NCBI RefSeq assembly: GCF_006345805.1
Contig: NC_043013.1
Coordinates: 744,001-808,000, forward strand
Reading direction: 5' to 3'
DNA: 64,000 nt
From: Octopus sinensis
Lineage: Eukaryota
The position numbers and the translations under genes were made by a program. The notes beneath the pieces were generated by a model. That model saw only the letters and a program-made list of their open reading frames with translations. It had not been told where the DNA came from and ran no database searches. Of this stretch, positions 1-13,500 are shown in pieces; the stretch's first letter is position 1; every line of letters starts with the position of its first letter.

Positions 1-89
1 TTCAACAACTCTTAACCTTCACTTGCCCTAGGGCGCTGGGTGTGCTCCGGCAAGTGATTGCATCAAACATGCAGATTAAAAGTAAATGA

Positions 90-160
90 CAATAACAATA
101 ATAATTATAATAACAACAATAATAATAATAACAATAATAATAATAATAACAACAACAATA
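90..160. repeat. (AAT/AAC)n microsatellite (representative)
   Basis: Direct reading. Similar tracts: (AAT)n 380-405, 22765-22800, 41810-41858, 57199-57230; (TA)n 1563-1593, 30381-30413; (GT)n 2489-2548, 24995-25030; (CA)n 47240-47283; GA-rich tract 60314-60432. Confidence 0.95.
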
Positions 161-443
161 ATATCCTTTTTACTGATGGCACAAGACATGGAATTTGGTG
201 GGGAGGGGACTAGTTGATTACATCAACCCTGGTGTATCACTGGTACTTAATTTATCGACTCCCAAAAGGACAAAAGCACAGTTGACCTCGGCAGAATTTG
301 AACTCAGAATGTAAGGGCAGATGAAATGTGGCTAAGCATTCTGCCCAGTGTGCTAACAATTCCACCAGCATGCTGCCTTAATAATAATAATAATAATAAT
401 AATAATGATGATGAAGAAGATAAGAATGAAAAGAAGCAGTTAC

Positions 444-562
444 CTGAGAGGACTCTGGATACTAAGTGTTGAGCTTTGCACAAGTTTTACTTTACTTCCA
501 GGCCTCAAACCAAGCTCTGTGAGGGAACCATGAGCTTGTACAGAAGTCAGTTCAACAATAAC
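444..562 (-). CDS. DYNC2I1: DYNC2I1 exon (VIVELTSVQAHGSLTELGLRPGSKVKLVQSSTLSIQSPL), phase 0 to 2
   Basis: Acceptor ttctttgtacttgcag, donor GTAACT; matches human [30 protein letters not shown]. Confidence 0.93.
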
Positions 563-1559
563 CTGCAAGTACAAAGAATTTCAGTCAACCGAACATTCCA
601 GAAGTTCTTTGAAGTTCTAAGTGCATAAAATAAGATGGTTATGTAGATATATTGGAGGGTTTTATGTTGCAGGTGCCTGGAGACCTCACCATTAATGGTG
701 CCACATAGAAAGCACCCAGTACACTCTGTTAAGTGGTTGGCATTAGGAAGGGCATCCAGCTGTAGAAACCATGCCAAAGCAGACATAGAATCTGGTGGAG
801 CCCTCTACCCCTTCTGTTCTGGTCACACCATCTGACCCATGCCAGCATGGAAAACAGATGTTAAGTGATGATGATGTGGAAAAACGTGCCTGGGGGCATA
901 TGTTCCTTACATATGATTATGCATAAAGGGGGCTCTTTTGTCTCGTGGATTACAAGGCCATTTCACCAGAGAGAACAGTTAATGCTTCTGTTGAAGATAA
1001 AGCTAATAAGAATTTCTATATAGTTGTTGAACTTGATGTAGAACCTAAATTTCTTTACAAATAGTTCTTGGTCGTTCCTAAAACTATACAGAAGAATTAT
1101 TACCAACAAATATAATACAATCAATACTTAAGACAAATGACTAACCCAAGAATGGAATCAGAAAAATTGGGTAAATATGAATACACAGACTCCAGTTAAA
1201 GAAGCTAATTTTCTCAACAACCCAACATAATGAGGATGACCCACAGGTAAGTGAAGGTAGTTACATCCACCTGGCAGAAATGATATCAATTGCAACAGGA
1301 GAAAGACAATAGCCACCCTTTCACAGCTCTACAAATTACAGCAAATATAAGAATGTAGATATTCTTTTACCCAGATATTGATGTGTCCAATACAATCCAT
1401 GCTTAATAGCTGGAAGGAAACTTCTGGTTCCAGACCTAAAAGATAAATTTAAAATCAGTTTTAATCATTGCAGCAATGAGTTTATTGCTTTCACAGAAAG
1501 CTAATAAAGATATAAACAAGGAATGTTCACGTGTGTATACAGAGATGTATAACAGATAG

Positions 1560-1597
<38 letters not shown>

Positions 1598-4500
1598 GAT
1601 TCTATATCACAACTGTTCGATGAATGGGAATACGAAACCCTGGGTGGCAGATTTTTGGGATATTTTTGTAGCTTCAACAGAACTGCCACATTGTGTTGGC
1701 AAGGAGACTTTACTCTTTGGTACTGTCACTACATATTTCTATTTCTTGCTTCAAAGTACTTCAAAGTACTTGTTTTTCTCTTTATGAGATCAGTGACTGT
1801 GTGTTGCTTTAAAAGTATATACTGTGAGCAAGGTTGAGTGGCTGCCATCTCTAGCTGGTCTGCAGGTATCGTTAAGGCTAGAAAGGGAGTAATAAACTCC
1901 CTTGCTCACAGTTTAAGGACACAGACCATGTGTTGGTAGCCAGCTGGAAAAGATGTTTTCCTGCAGCTAATAAGTAGTAACATCATCATGTGTAGGACTG
2001 CCACACTATGTTGGCAAATAAACTTATATATATATATATATATATATACTTTATTTAAAGCAGCGCTTTAAATAAAGCATATTACTCTACCACTGGTATT
2101 TGAGTACTCTTTTTTCCACCTTGTTTCACATTTATGTGTTTACTCCGGTATATATAAATATAATAGTGCTCCAGCATGGCTGAAGTCAAATGACAAACAA
2201 AAGAGTAAAAGTATATATATATAAATCTTACTCCCAAAACATGTGGTCACAATATATGGCACAACTGACTTTTACTCCAGACTTGGCCAACAAAAGCCTT
2301 GTGAGTGGGAATTTGGTACACAGAAAGTGAAACCGATGCCAACACGGAAAATGGGCATTAAATAATGATGGCATATATAAAATCCTCATTCAACATCCAT
2401 TTGCCATGTTGGTGGTGAGTCACAGACCTGCATTGTGCTCCATGTCAGCTTTGGCATGGTTTCTACAGCTGGATGCTCTTCCTAACACGTGTGTGTGTGT
2501 GTGTGTGTGCGCGCGCATGCGTGCATGTGTGTGTGTGTGTGTGTGTGTGCTCATATCATGTGATGGTTGTAAACGAATATCACCATACAAGCAAATGTTG
2601 TTCATTTTCAGCTTTCCATGGAAAAACTTTGTCTGGTATTGAGGAAATATTATCTTGCTTTGAAACAGATGAGAGTTAACAACAAGAATGGCACCAAGTT
2701 GTAGAAAATCATCAACAAATTCCATCCGACTCATGCAAACATGGGAAACTGGACGTTAAAAAATAATGTTAAATATATATATCATCATCATTTAATGTCT
2801 GTTGTCCATGCTGGCATGGGTTGGATGGTTTGACCAGGGCTGGCAAGGCTGGAAGGCTGCACTAGGCTCCAGTCAGATTTGGCTTGGTTTATACAGCTGC
2901 TGGATGCCCTTCCTAATGCCAACCACTTTACAGAGTGTGCTGGGTGCTTTTCACATGCTACTAGCATGAGTGCTCCCTAAGTGGCACTGGCACAAGACTC
3001 TTGCAGGCCAAACCTCTTCACCAGTGGGAGTGGCCTTAACACTTCTGCTGTGGAGTACGGATCCTCTTGAGTACAGCATAGCACCAGGCATCTTGGTCCT
3101 TTGTCTTCTGAAAGGTTCAGCATCCCATGCCTTCCTGGGTTTCCCACTTCCACATCATCCATCTACTTTGAAAGAGCAGCACTTCTTTATGCAGCTGTCA
3201 GCATCCAACCATGTCACATGACCAAACCAGCACAATATATATACATACTTACAGACAGACAGACAGACGGGGTGGGGGGATCCTCCCAACTTGCAAGAGT
3301 AATGTGCTACTGAAAAACTTGCCAAAATGTGAAATCTCATAACATGGATTGGTTTCCCCATTGATTTTTATATCAAATTCTGATGGGTTTTTTTTTTTGA
3401 AAAAACAAACAATAAAACTACTTGGAAATAATAATTTCAATGAATAAAATTAAATTCTAAACATTCACTGTGCAAGATGAATATATAAAAATGTCTGAAG
3501 AGAATGTCATGCAGGAATAAATAAGAATCGTATCATAATAAAATACATTCTTACAACAAAAGATGTTGATTGTGGTAATGAGAGTTTTTGGACAATTTTT
3601 GGAAGCTGATATTTCTTCTAGAGAAATAAAGGTTCTAACAAGGATGCACTTCCAGAAAAGTGTCAACATCAACATCAACCATTGTAGCTTTTTCCGAATG
3701 ACAACTTCCTTGACATAGAACCTATTGATTCAACCTCTGACCCTGCATAATTACACTTAATTATTTGGTTAGTTAATGCAATCATTGAGAGCCATGAGAG
3801 TTAGAATAAGTAACATACCAAAGCAAATACATGACTGGATCGATTTAATTAAAACAGAAACAAAGTAGAATGAAGACAGAACTTTCAGCTGGTTTTATAT
3901 TGAAAAGACGTAACCTGAGTTAATTAGAAGAAGATGTCTTGAAATAACAAGTAGAATGAAGACAGAACTTTCAGCTGGTTTTATATTGAAAAGACGTAAC
4001 CTGAGTTAATTAGAAGAAGATGTCTTGAAATAACAAGTAGAATGAAGACAGAACTTTCAGCTGGTTTTATATTGAAAAGACGTAACCTGAGTTAATTAGA
4101 AGAAGATGTCTTGAAATAACAAGTAGAATGAAGACAGAACTTTCAGCTGGTTTTATATTGAAAAGACGTAACCTGAGTTAATTAGAAGAAGATGTCTTGA
4201 AATAACAAGTAGAATGAAGACAGAACTTTCAGCTGGTTTTATATTGAAAAGACGTAACCTGAGTTAATTAGAAGAAGATGTCTTGAAATAACAAGTAGAA
4301 TGAAGACAGAACTTTCAGCTGGTTTTATATTGAAAAGACGTAACCTGAGTTAATTAGAAGAAGATGTCTTGAAATAACAAGTAGAATGAAGACAGAACTT
4401 TCAGGTGGTTTTATATTGAAAAGACGTAACCTGAGTTAATTAGAAGAAGATGTCTGAAATAACAAGTAGAATGAAGACAGAACTTTCAGCTGGTTTTATA

Positions 4501-7500
4501 TTGAAAAGACGTAAACTGAGTTAATTAGAAGAAGATGTCTTGAAATAACAAGTAGAATGAAGACAGAACTTTCAGCTGGTTTTATATTGAAAAGACGTAA
4601 CTGAGTTAATTAGAAGAAGATGTCTTGAAATAACAAGTAGAATGAAGACAGAACTTTCAGGTGGTTTTATATTGAAAAGACGTAACCTGAGTTAATTAGA
4701 AGAAGATGTCTTGAAATAACAAGTAGAATGAAGACAGAACTTTCAGCTGGTTTTATATTGAAAAGACGTAACCTGAGTTAATTAGAAGAAGATGTCTTGA
4801 AATAACAAGTAGAATGAAGACAGAACTTTCAGCTGGTTTTATATTGAAAAGACGTAACCTGAGTTAATTAGAAGAAGATGTCTTGAAATAACAAGTAGAA
4901 TGAAGACAGAACTTTCAGCTGGTTTTATATTGAAAAGACGTAACCTGAGTTAATTAGAAGAAGATGTCTTGAAATAACAAGTAGAATGAAGACAGAACTT
5001 TCAGCTGGTTTTATATTGAAAAGACGTAACCTGAGTTAATTAGAAGAAGATGTCTTGAAATAACAAGTAGAATGAAGACAGAACTTTCAGCTGGTTTTAT
5101 ATTGAAAAGACGTAACCTGAGTTAATTAGAAGAAGATGTCTTGAAATAACAAGTAGAATGAAGACAGAACTTTCAGCTGGTTTTATATTGAAAAGACGTA
5201 ACCTGAGTTAATTAGAAGAAGATGTCTTGAAATAACAAGTAGAATGAAGACAGAACTTTCAGCTGGTTTTATATTGAAAAGACGTAACCTGAGTTAATTA
5301 GAAGAAGATGTCTTGAAATAACAAGTAGAATGAAGACAGAACTTTCAGCTGGTTTTATATTGAAAAGACGTAACCTGAGTTAATTAGAAGAAGATGTCTT
5401 GAAATAACAAGTAGAATGAAGACAGAACTTTCAGCTGGTTTTATATTGAAAAGACGTAACCTGAGTTAATTAGAAGAAGATGTCTTGAAATAACAAGTAG
5501 AATGAAGACAGAACTTTCAGCTGGTTTTATATTGAAAAGACGTAACCTGAGTTAATTAGAAGAAGATGTCTTGAAATAACAAGTAGAATGAAGACAGAAC
5601 TTTCAGCTGGTTTTATATTGAAAAGACGTAACCTGAGTTAATTAGAAGAAGATGTCTTGAAATAACAAGTAGAATGAAGACAGAACTTTCAGCTGGTTTT
5701 ATATTGAAAAGACGTAACCTGAGTTAATTAGAAGAAGAAGATGTCTTGAAATAACAAGTAGAATGAAGACAGAACTTTCAGCTGGTTTTATATTGAAAAG
5801 ACGTAACCTGAGTTAATTAGAAGAAGATGTCTTGAAATAACAAGTAGAATGAAGACAGAACTTTCAGCTGGTTTTATATTGAAAAGACGTAACCTGAGTT
5901 AATTAGAAGAAGATGTCTTGAAATAACAAGTAGAATGAAGACAGAACTTTCAGCTGGTTTTATATTGAAAAGACGTAACCTGAGTTAATTAGAAGAAGAT
6001 GTCTTGAAATAACAAGTAGAATGAAGACAGAACTTTCAGCTGGTTTTATATTGAAAAGACGTAACCTGAGTTAATTAGAAGAAGATGTCTTGAAATAACA
6101 AGTAGAATGAAGACAGAACTTTCAGCTGGTTTTATATTGAAAAGACGTAACCTGAGTTAATTAGAAGAAGATGTCTTGAAATAACAAGTAGAATGAAGAC
6201 AGAACTTTCAGCTGGTTTTATATTGAAAAGACGTAAACTGAGTTAATTAGAAGAAGATGTCTTGAAATAACAAGTAGAATGAAGACAGAACTTTCAGGTG
6301 GTTTTATATTGAAAAGACGTAAACTGAGTTAATTAGAAGAAGATGTCTTGAAATAACAAGTAGAATGAAGACAGAACTTTCAGGTGGTTTTATATTGAAA
6401 AGACGTAAACTGAGTTAATTAGAAGAAGATGTCTTGAAATAACAAGTAGAATGAAGACAGAACTTTCAGGTGGTTTTATATTGAAAAGACGTAAACTGAG
6501 TTAATTAGAAGAAGATGTCTTGAAATAACAAGTAGAATGAAGACAGAACTTTCAGGTGGTTTTATATTGAAAAGACGTAACTGAGTTAATTAGAAGAAGA
6601 TGTCTTGAAATAACAAGTAGAATGAAGACAGAACTTTCAGGTGGTTTTATATTGAAAAGACGTAAACTGAGTTAATTAGAAGAAGATGTCTTGAAATAAC
6701 AAGTAGAATGAAGACAGAACTTTCAGGTGGTTTTATATTGAAAAGACGTAAACTGAGTTAATTAGAAGAAGATGTCTTGAAATAACAAGTAGAATGAAGA
6801 CAGAACTTTCAGCTGGTTTTATATTGAAAAGACGTAACCTGAGTTAATTAGAAGAAGATGTCTTGAAATAACAAGTAGAATGAAGACAGAACTTTCAGCT
6901 GGTTTTATATTGAAAAGACGTAACCTGAGTTAATTAGAAGAAGATGTCTTGAAATAACAAGTAGAATGAAGACAGAACTTTCAGCTGGTTTTATATTGAA
7001 AAGACGTAAACTGAGTTAATTAGAAGAAGATGTCTTGAAATAACAAGTAGAATGAAGACAGAACTTTCAGGTGGTTTTATATTGAAAAGACGTAAACTGA
7101 GTTAATTAGAAGAAGATGTCTTGAAATAACAAGTAGAATGAAGACAGAACTTTCAGGTGGTTTTATATTGAAAAGACGTAAACTGAGTTAATTAGAAGAA
7201 GATGTCTTGAAATAACAAGTAGAATGAAGACAGAACTTTCAGGTGGTTTTATATTGAAAAGACGTAAACTGAGTTAATTAGAAGAAGATGTCTTGAAATA
7301 ACAAGTAGAATGAAGACAGAACTTTCAGGTGGTTTTATATTGAAAAGACGTAAACTGAGTTAATTAGAAGAAGATGTCTTGAAATAACAAGTAGAATGAA
7401 GACAGAACTTTCAGGTGGTTTTATATTGAAAAGACGTAAACTGAGTTAATTAGAAGAAGATGTCTTGAAATAACAAGTAGAATGAAGACAGAACTTTCAG

Positions 7501-10500
7501 CTGGTTTTATATTGAAAAGACGTAACCTGAGTTAATTAGAAGAAGATGTCTTGAAATAACAAGTAGAATGAAGACAGAACTTTCAGCTGGTTTTATATTG
7601 AAAAGACGTAACCTGAGTTAATTAGAAGAAGATGTCTTGAAATAACAAGTAGAATGAAGACAGAACTTTCAGCTGGTTTTATATTGAAAAGACGTAACCT
7701 GAGTTAATTAGAAGAAGATGTCTTGAAATAACAAGTAGAATGAAGACAGAACTTTCAGCTGGTTTTATATTGAAAAGACGTAACCTGAGTTAATTAGAAG
7801 AAGATGTCTTGAAATAACAAGTAGAATGAAGACAGAACTTTCAGCTGGTTTTATATTGAAAAGACGTAACCTGAGTTAATTAGAAGAAGATGTCTTGAAA
7901 TAACAAGTAGAATGAAGACAGAACTTTCAGCTGGTTTTATATTGAAAAGACGTAACCTGAGTTAATTAGAAGAAGATGTCTTGAAATAACAAGTAGAATG
8001 AAGACAGAACTTTCAGCTGGTTTTATATTGAAAAGACGTAAACTGAGTTAATTAGAAGAAGATGTCTTGAAATAACAAGTAGAATGAAGACAGAACTTTC
8101 AGGTGGTTTTATATTGAAAAGACGTAACTGAGTTAATTAGAAGAAGATGTCTTGAAATAACAAGTAGAATGAAGACAGAACTTTCAGCTGGTTTTATATT
8201 GAAAAGACGTAACCTGAGTTAATTAGAAGAAGATGTCTTGAAATAACAAGTAGAATGAAGACAGAACTTTCAGCTGGTTTTATATTGAAAAGACGTAACT
8301 GAGTTAATTAGAAGAAGATGTCTTGAAATAACAAGTAGAATGAAGACAGAACTTTCAGTGGTTTTATATTGAAAAGACGTAACCTGAGTTAATTAGAAGA
8401 AGATGTCTTGAAATAACAAGTAGAATGAAGACAGAACTTTCAGCTGGTTTTATATTGAAAAGACGTAACCTGAGTTAATTAGAAGAAGATGTCTTGAAAT
8501 AACAAGTAGAATGAAGACAGAACTTTCAGTGGTTTTATATGAAAAGACGTAACCTGAGTTAATTAGAAGAAGATGTCTTGAAATAACAAGTAGAATGAAG
8601 ACAGAACTTTCAGCTGGTTTTATATTGAAAAGACGTAACCTGAGTTAATTAGAAGAAGATGTCTTGAAATAACAAGTAGAATGAAGACAGAACTTTCAGC
8701 TGGTTTTATATTGAAAAGACGTAACCTGAGTTAATTAGAAGAAGATGTCTTGAAATAACAAGTAGAATGAAGACAGAACTTTCAGCTGGTTTTATATTGA
8801 AAAGACGTAACCTGAGTTAATTAGAAGAAGATGTCTTGAAATAACAAGTAGAATGAAGACAGAACTTTCAGCTGGTTTTATATTGAAAAGACGTAACTGA
8901 GTTAATTAGAAGAAGATGTCTTGAAATAAAGGATTATATTTACTTACTTAAATGTCTTGAATCTTTTAAACTGCCAAAATAAAATATTTAGATAATAACC
9001 ATGAGATAAGTAAACAACAACAACAAGATATTGCATAATATGTAAGCTCTCAGTGTCACATGCATTCCTCCCCTGGTTATAATCCTCTCACTGTTTCCCC
9101 CATCACACTCACCCCCTCTTCCATTCAATTATCCTCTTCATCACATTTACATTAACCACTCAGAGACAATGTAGAACAGAGGTGTTTTAGTGAACCAGGG
9201 AGATGACACTCTTTTTAGTGCTGCTGCCACTCTGTACAGCGATGGGTGTTAGGAAGGGTATGGGTCCTTAGAAGCTAAGTAATCATCATCATTAAATTAC
9301 TGTTTTGAGATGTTAAAACTAAAATGGCTTTTTTTTCAATGGTTTTTATAGATTTTGTTAGCAGGCAGTTTCAGAATTTTGTCTGTGGGCAACGGATTGC
9401 TCAGCCGTGCAGGGTGGCAGCAGAGAGAGAGACAAGGTAACTGACATTTCAAGCAAGAATCTTTGCAGCGTTTGCTGAGTCATTAGAATACCTTGAAGAA
9501 TTCAATTTGGCCCTTTATTCTTCAAATGGTTTCTCCAGCTGGATGCTCTCCCTAATGCCTGAGTCCAAATCCTGCAAAGATCAACTTTGCTCTGTACCCT
9601 TTCATGGTCCCTAAAAATTAAATCTGAAACCAATTCTTCTCTCTGTGGAAGAAATTGGATGTGATCTGCCAAATTTAGATGGCCACCACATGTGGAATAT
9701 CGTGATGGCTCCATCAGGATTCCTATCAATGATGCCAGTGGAATGTGAAAAGTTCTTTTCCAGTGTTGGGCCTCACAGAGGCAATGACTGAGACCTTTGG
9801 CATTATGCTGTGCTTGAGAAGAAGAGCCATCAAGTCAAGTAAAATCGCAGTCGTGGCAGATACTGGTGTCACACAAATGTGTCAGTGGCACATAAAAGCA
9901 CCCATAACACTCTCGGAATGGTTGGCATTAGGAAGGGCATTCAGCCATAGAAACTATGCCAAATCAGACTGGAGTCTGGTGCAGCCTTCCAGCCGGGACA
10001 ACAGACATTAAATGATGATGATGAAGAGGAGGAGGAGGACAACACAAATAAGGTTAAAAACAAAATCTGTTTTGCTCGGTCTTACAGTAAACCTTAAAAA
10101 GAAATAAGCTTCTTTCTGACAAAGGGATTTGTTCAAAAGCATCAGGCATCTTGCCACTTCATGGCAAACTTTACTGAGAAGAATGACAATGACATTGTGA
10201 CGCTCGACTGTGCCATGCAAAATGCTTAGTGGCATTTTATCTGTCTTTATGTTCTGAGTTCAAATTCTGCCAAGATTGACTTTACCTTTCAAGGTTGATA
10301 AACTAAGTACCAGTTGCGCACTGGGGTCGATATGAATGACTTAACCCCACTTCTGAAATTGCTGGCCTTGTGCCAAAATTTTAAACTAGTAACGAGAATA
10401 ATAGTAATGGTAATGCAACTTGGCACCAGAGGGTAGGAAATCAGCAAAATAAGGATCAGTAAAATGCATGGTACTTACTTATAAGACTGTCTGGGTACAT

Positions 10501-13500
10501 GACAAATGCTCTGCACAGGGGCATGGTGTGAGGTGAACATCATTAATCCAGCTGAACAAAGATTAAGAGATTAAGAATTGAAACGTGTTGAACTTTTACT
10601 GGAATTTTTGTTGTTGTTGTTGTTATGGTTGCTATTACTATTTGTTGTTGTTATTGTAGTTTGTTCCTTTTATAATTTTTATCAAAAGAAATGAAAAAAA
10701 AGAATATATTAAAAACAAGCAATAAAGCCCCGCAACGGTTTCTAGTTAGCAGTGGGAGGGACTGAGGGGTCTTTCCATGGAATGGAATTCATGAAGTATT
10801 TGGATGGTTCCGTAGATATAACTGGTAGTTTCTGTTACCATGGAGATGATTTAATTAAATGTCACAGGTGAATTCTGTGAAAGTTGAGTTGCCAGAATAA
10901 AGGAGTAGTGAAAGCAGTTCCGTGTTGTTGCTGCTGTGTAGAGACAAAAGTGTGTTTAAGGAGTAAACTGCTGCACGAAAGCAAAACATTGGCAGGGGAC
11001 AAAAAGAAGGAAAAAGGGATCAAGTGAATCTGGTTGGCTGAAAGCAAAATGTTGTTGCAAGCGCAGAATGTGAAAGGGCTGAGAGGGTGGGGTGGACGGG
11101 GGTGGATATGAAAGGTATCAATAGATGAGTGGACTGGTATGGAGACGCGAGAGGAAAAGGATATGTAGTAGAGGAGGAAGAGAAGGAGAGAGGAAGAGAA
11201 AGGAGGAGGTTGACACATCTTGTTGACCCCTTGATTGTTACAGTCCCTGGTCATCTCCTTCATGTGGTTCAGCCTCCAAACAATAACTTCCATGCTTCTC
11301 TTAGTTTTCTTTTCCCACTGTTTCCTTCCATTTGGATCCCTTTTGGCACTTCTCGGTGCCACTGCTATTATTATTCTTTATATGTACCACATGTGGGGAC
11401 CAGAACAGTCTTTTCTCGTGTACATTCTTCCCAATTTTTCCCTCATTCATTCCCACTAATGTCACAGCACAATTGGCTCACCTCATTTCTTTCGAAGCCC
11501 TCTCACACCAACATCACACACTTTGTCTAGAGCACTGTCTGACTTTCATCGCTTCTCAGTTGAGGTGATGTTAAGACAAACTAGGTATACTCATCCACTA
11601 CAAGGTCCAGTTCTTGTTGCAGTGTGGTGGCTTCGATACCTCAATGATCCTTACAGCAGGGCTTCACATGCTAGACAGGTCAAAGGTTAGAGGCCAGACT
11701 ACTATGGATCATCTCTTCCCAGAAGGAAAAATGGATTTATCTAGGGCCAACAGCCCTGCCTAGAGAAAAGCAAAGTTACAGATGCATTGATGACATCATC
11801 ATTATTAATTAGCAGCTGTTTTCCATGCTGTCACAGGTTGTACAGTTTGACAAGAGTTGGCCAGCTGGGGAGCCATACCAGGGTCCAATTGTCTGCTTCG
11901 GCATGGTTTCTACAGCAGGATGCCCTTCCTAATGACAACCACTTTGCAATGTGGACTGGGTGCTTTTCACATGGCACTAACCAAGAAAACCTGAGAGAGG
12001 AAGGCTTTATAGTTCAGAGTGGAGAAGAGAAGAGAAGAGAAAAGTTATCCCTGAGCTCCGCAGGGAGTGAAGGACTTAAGAAGGGAACTATAATAATGGT
12101 TCCTAACTTTATGTTACTTACCAGTGTTATATGCTGGATGCCGAACTGTATATGAGACTCCATCGAGGTGAATAGATTGGTGTAGAGATTCTGCTTCACG
12201 TGTATCCCACACGAGGATAGAGCCATCAACCTGAAGCAGAGAACAGGTGACATTAAGAGATATAAACAGGAGTGGCTGTGTGGTAAGTAGCTTGCTTACC
12301 AACCACATGGTTCTGGGTTCAGTCCCACTGCATGGCACCATGGGCAAGTGTCTTCTACTATAGCCTTGTGAGTGAATTTGGTAGACAGAAACTAAAAGAA
12401 GCCTGTCGTATATGTGTGTGTATGTTTGTATGTGTGTCTGCCTGTCCCCCACCCCCCATCACTTGACAACCAATGCTGGTGTGTTTAAGTCTCCATAACT
12501 TAGCGGTTCGGCAAAAAGAGTCTGATAGAATAAGTCCTCGAGTTGATTTGCTCAACTAAAAGGTGGTGCTCCAGCATGGTCGCGTCAAATGACTAAAACA
12601 AGTAAAAGAATAAAAGAATATACCTTCTGAATTATATATATATATATTGAGACTCCCTTCGATCATGGCTGACCGTGGGATTGCACCTAGACAGTTACCC
12701 TCTCAGGCACAAGTCCAGGCAAGATTGTTTATGGAAGACCAGCAGTCGCCCATGCATACCGACCTCTCCTCCTCACACCACCAGTGTTATCCAAGGGAAA
12801 GGCAACAGCAGATACAGCTTGGCACCTGTGACGTCACAACTCATTTCTACAGCTGAGTGAACTGGAGCAACGTGAAATAAAGTGTCTTGCTCAAGAACAC
12901 AACATGCAGCCTGGTCCAGGATTCGAACTCATAACCTCACAATCGTAAGCTCGACGCTCTAACCACTGAGCCATGTGCCTTCATATATATATATATTATG
13001 TTCTCGTTTCTCATTTTGTCTACATTTTTTTTTATGTCCTGTACCCATACACGCATGTATATATACATATATATGTAGGTATGTACACATATAAAAGTTC
13101 TCCCAAGCCGTACAACCTATTGTCCTGCCAAAAGGGAATGCTGATTAATGCGTTTTCCGTTTGCCCCATGCCATTCCTATATCATAGGACGTTTAAGTAA
13201 ACAAATGTGACCTATATTAACTTAGCTATAGTTAAAATGGTACATTCATTTTCCTAGCTAGTCTGTATCATTAAAATACCAGCAGTTTATAAGAAAAATC
13301 AGTGAGAGTGACTAACAGGGAGTTGGCTGACCGGCTCAAACGAAATGCCAGCTTGATTGAAGTAACGTCACAGAGGGACAACTAATGGAATTCCACCAAC
13401 GATACAGTTGTCTCTTCCCACCACTCTCTTACTTTCTCACTAACTCACTTTCTTTTCTACATCACTCAGTCTCTTTCACCACCTGCTCCTGCTTGAATGA

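Noticed and set aside
3862-8929. CRISPR array or repeat-encoded protein
   Set aside because: Units are contiguous with no unique spacers, no cas genes are present, the context is a eukaryotic intron, and the ORF track shows no long ORF there.
10862-11568. Overlapping 130-166 aa ORFs
   Set aside because: Low-complexity GA/CT-biased sequence, no recognisable domain and no supporting splice structure.
12905-12982. tRNA-Arg gene
   Set aside because: The tRNA-like A/B boxes continue into a SINE body, and degenerate copies recur at about 40100 and 49430; no complete acceptor stem.
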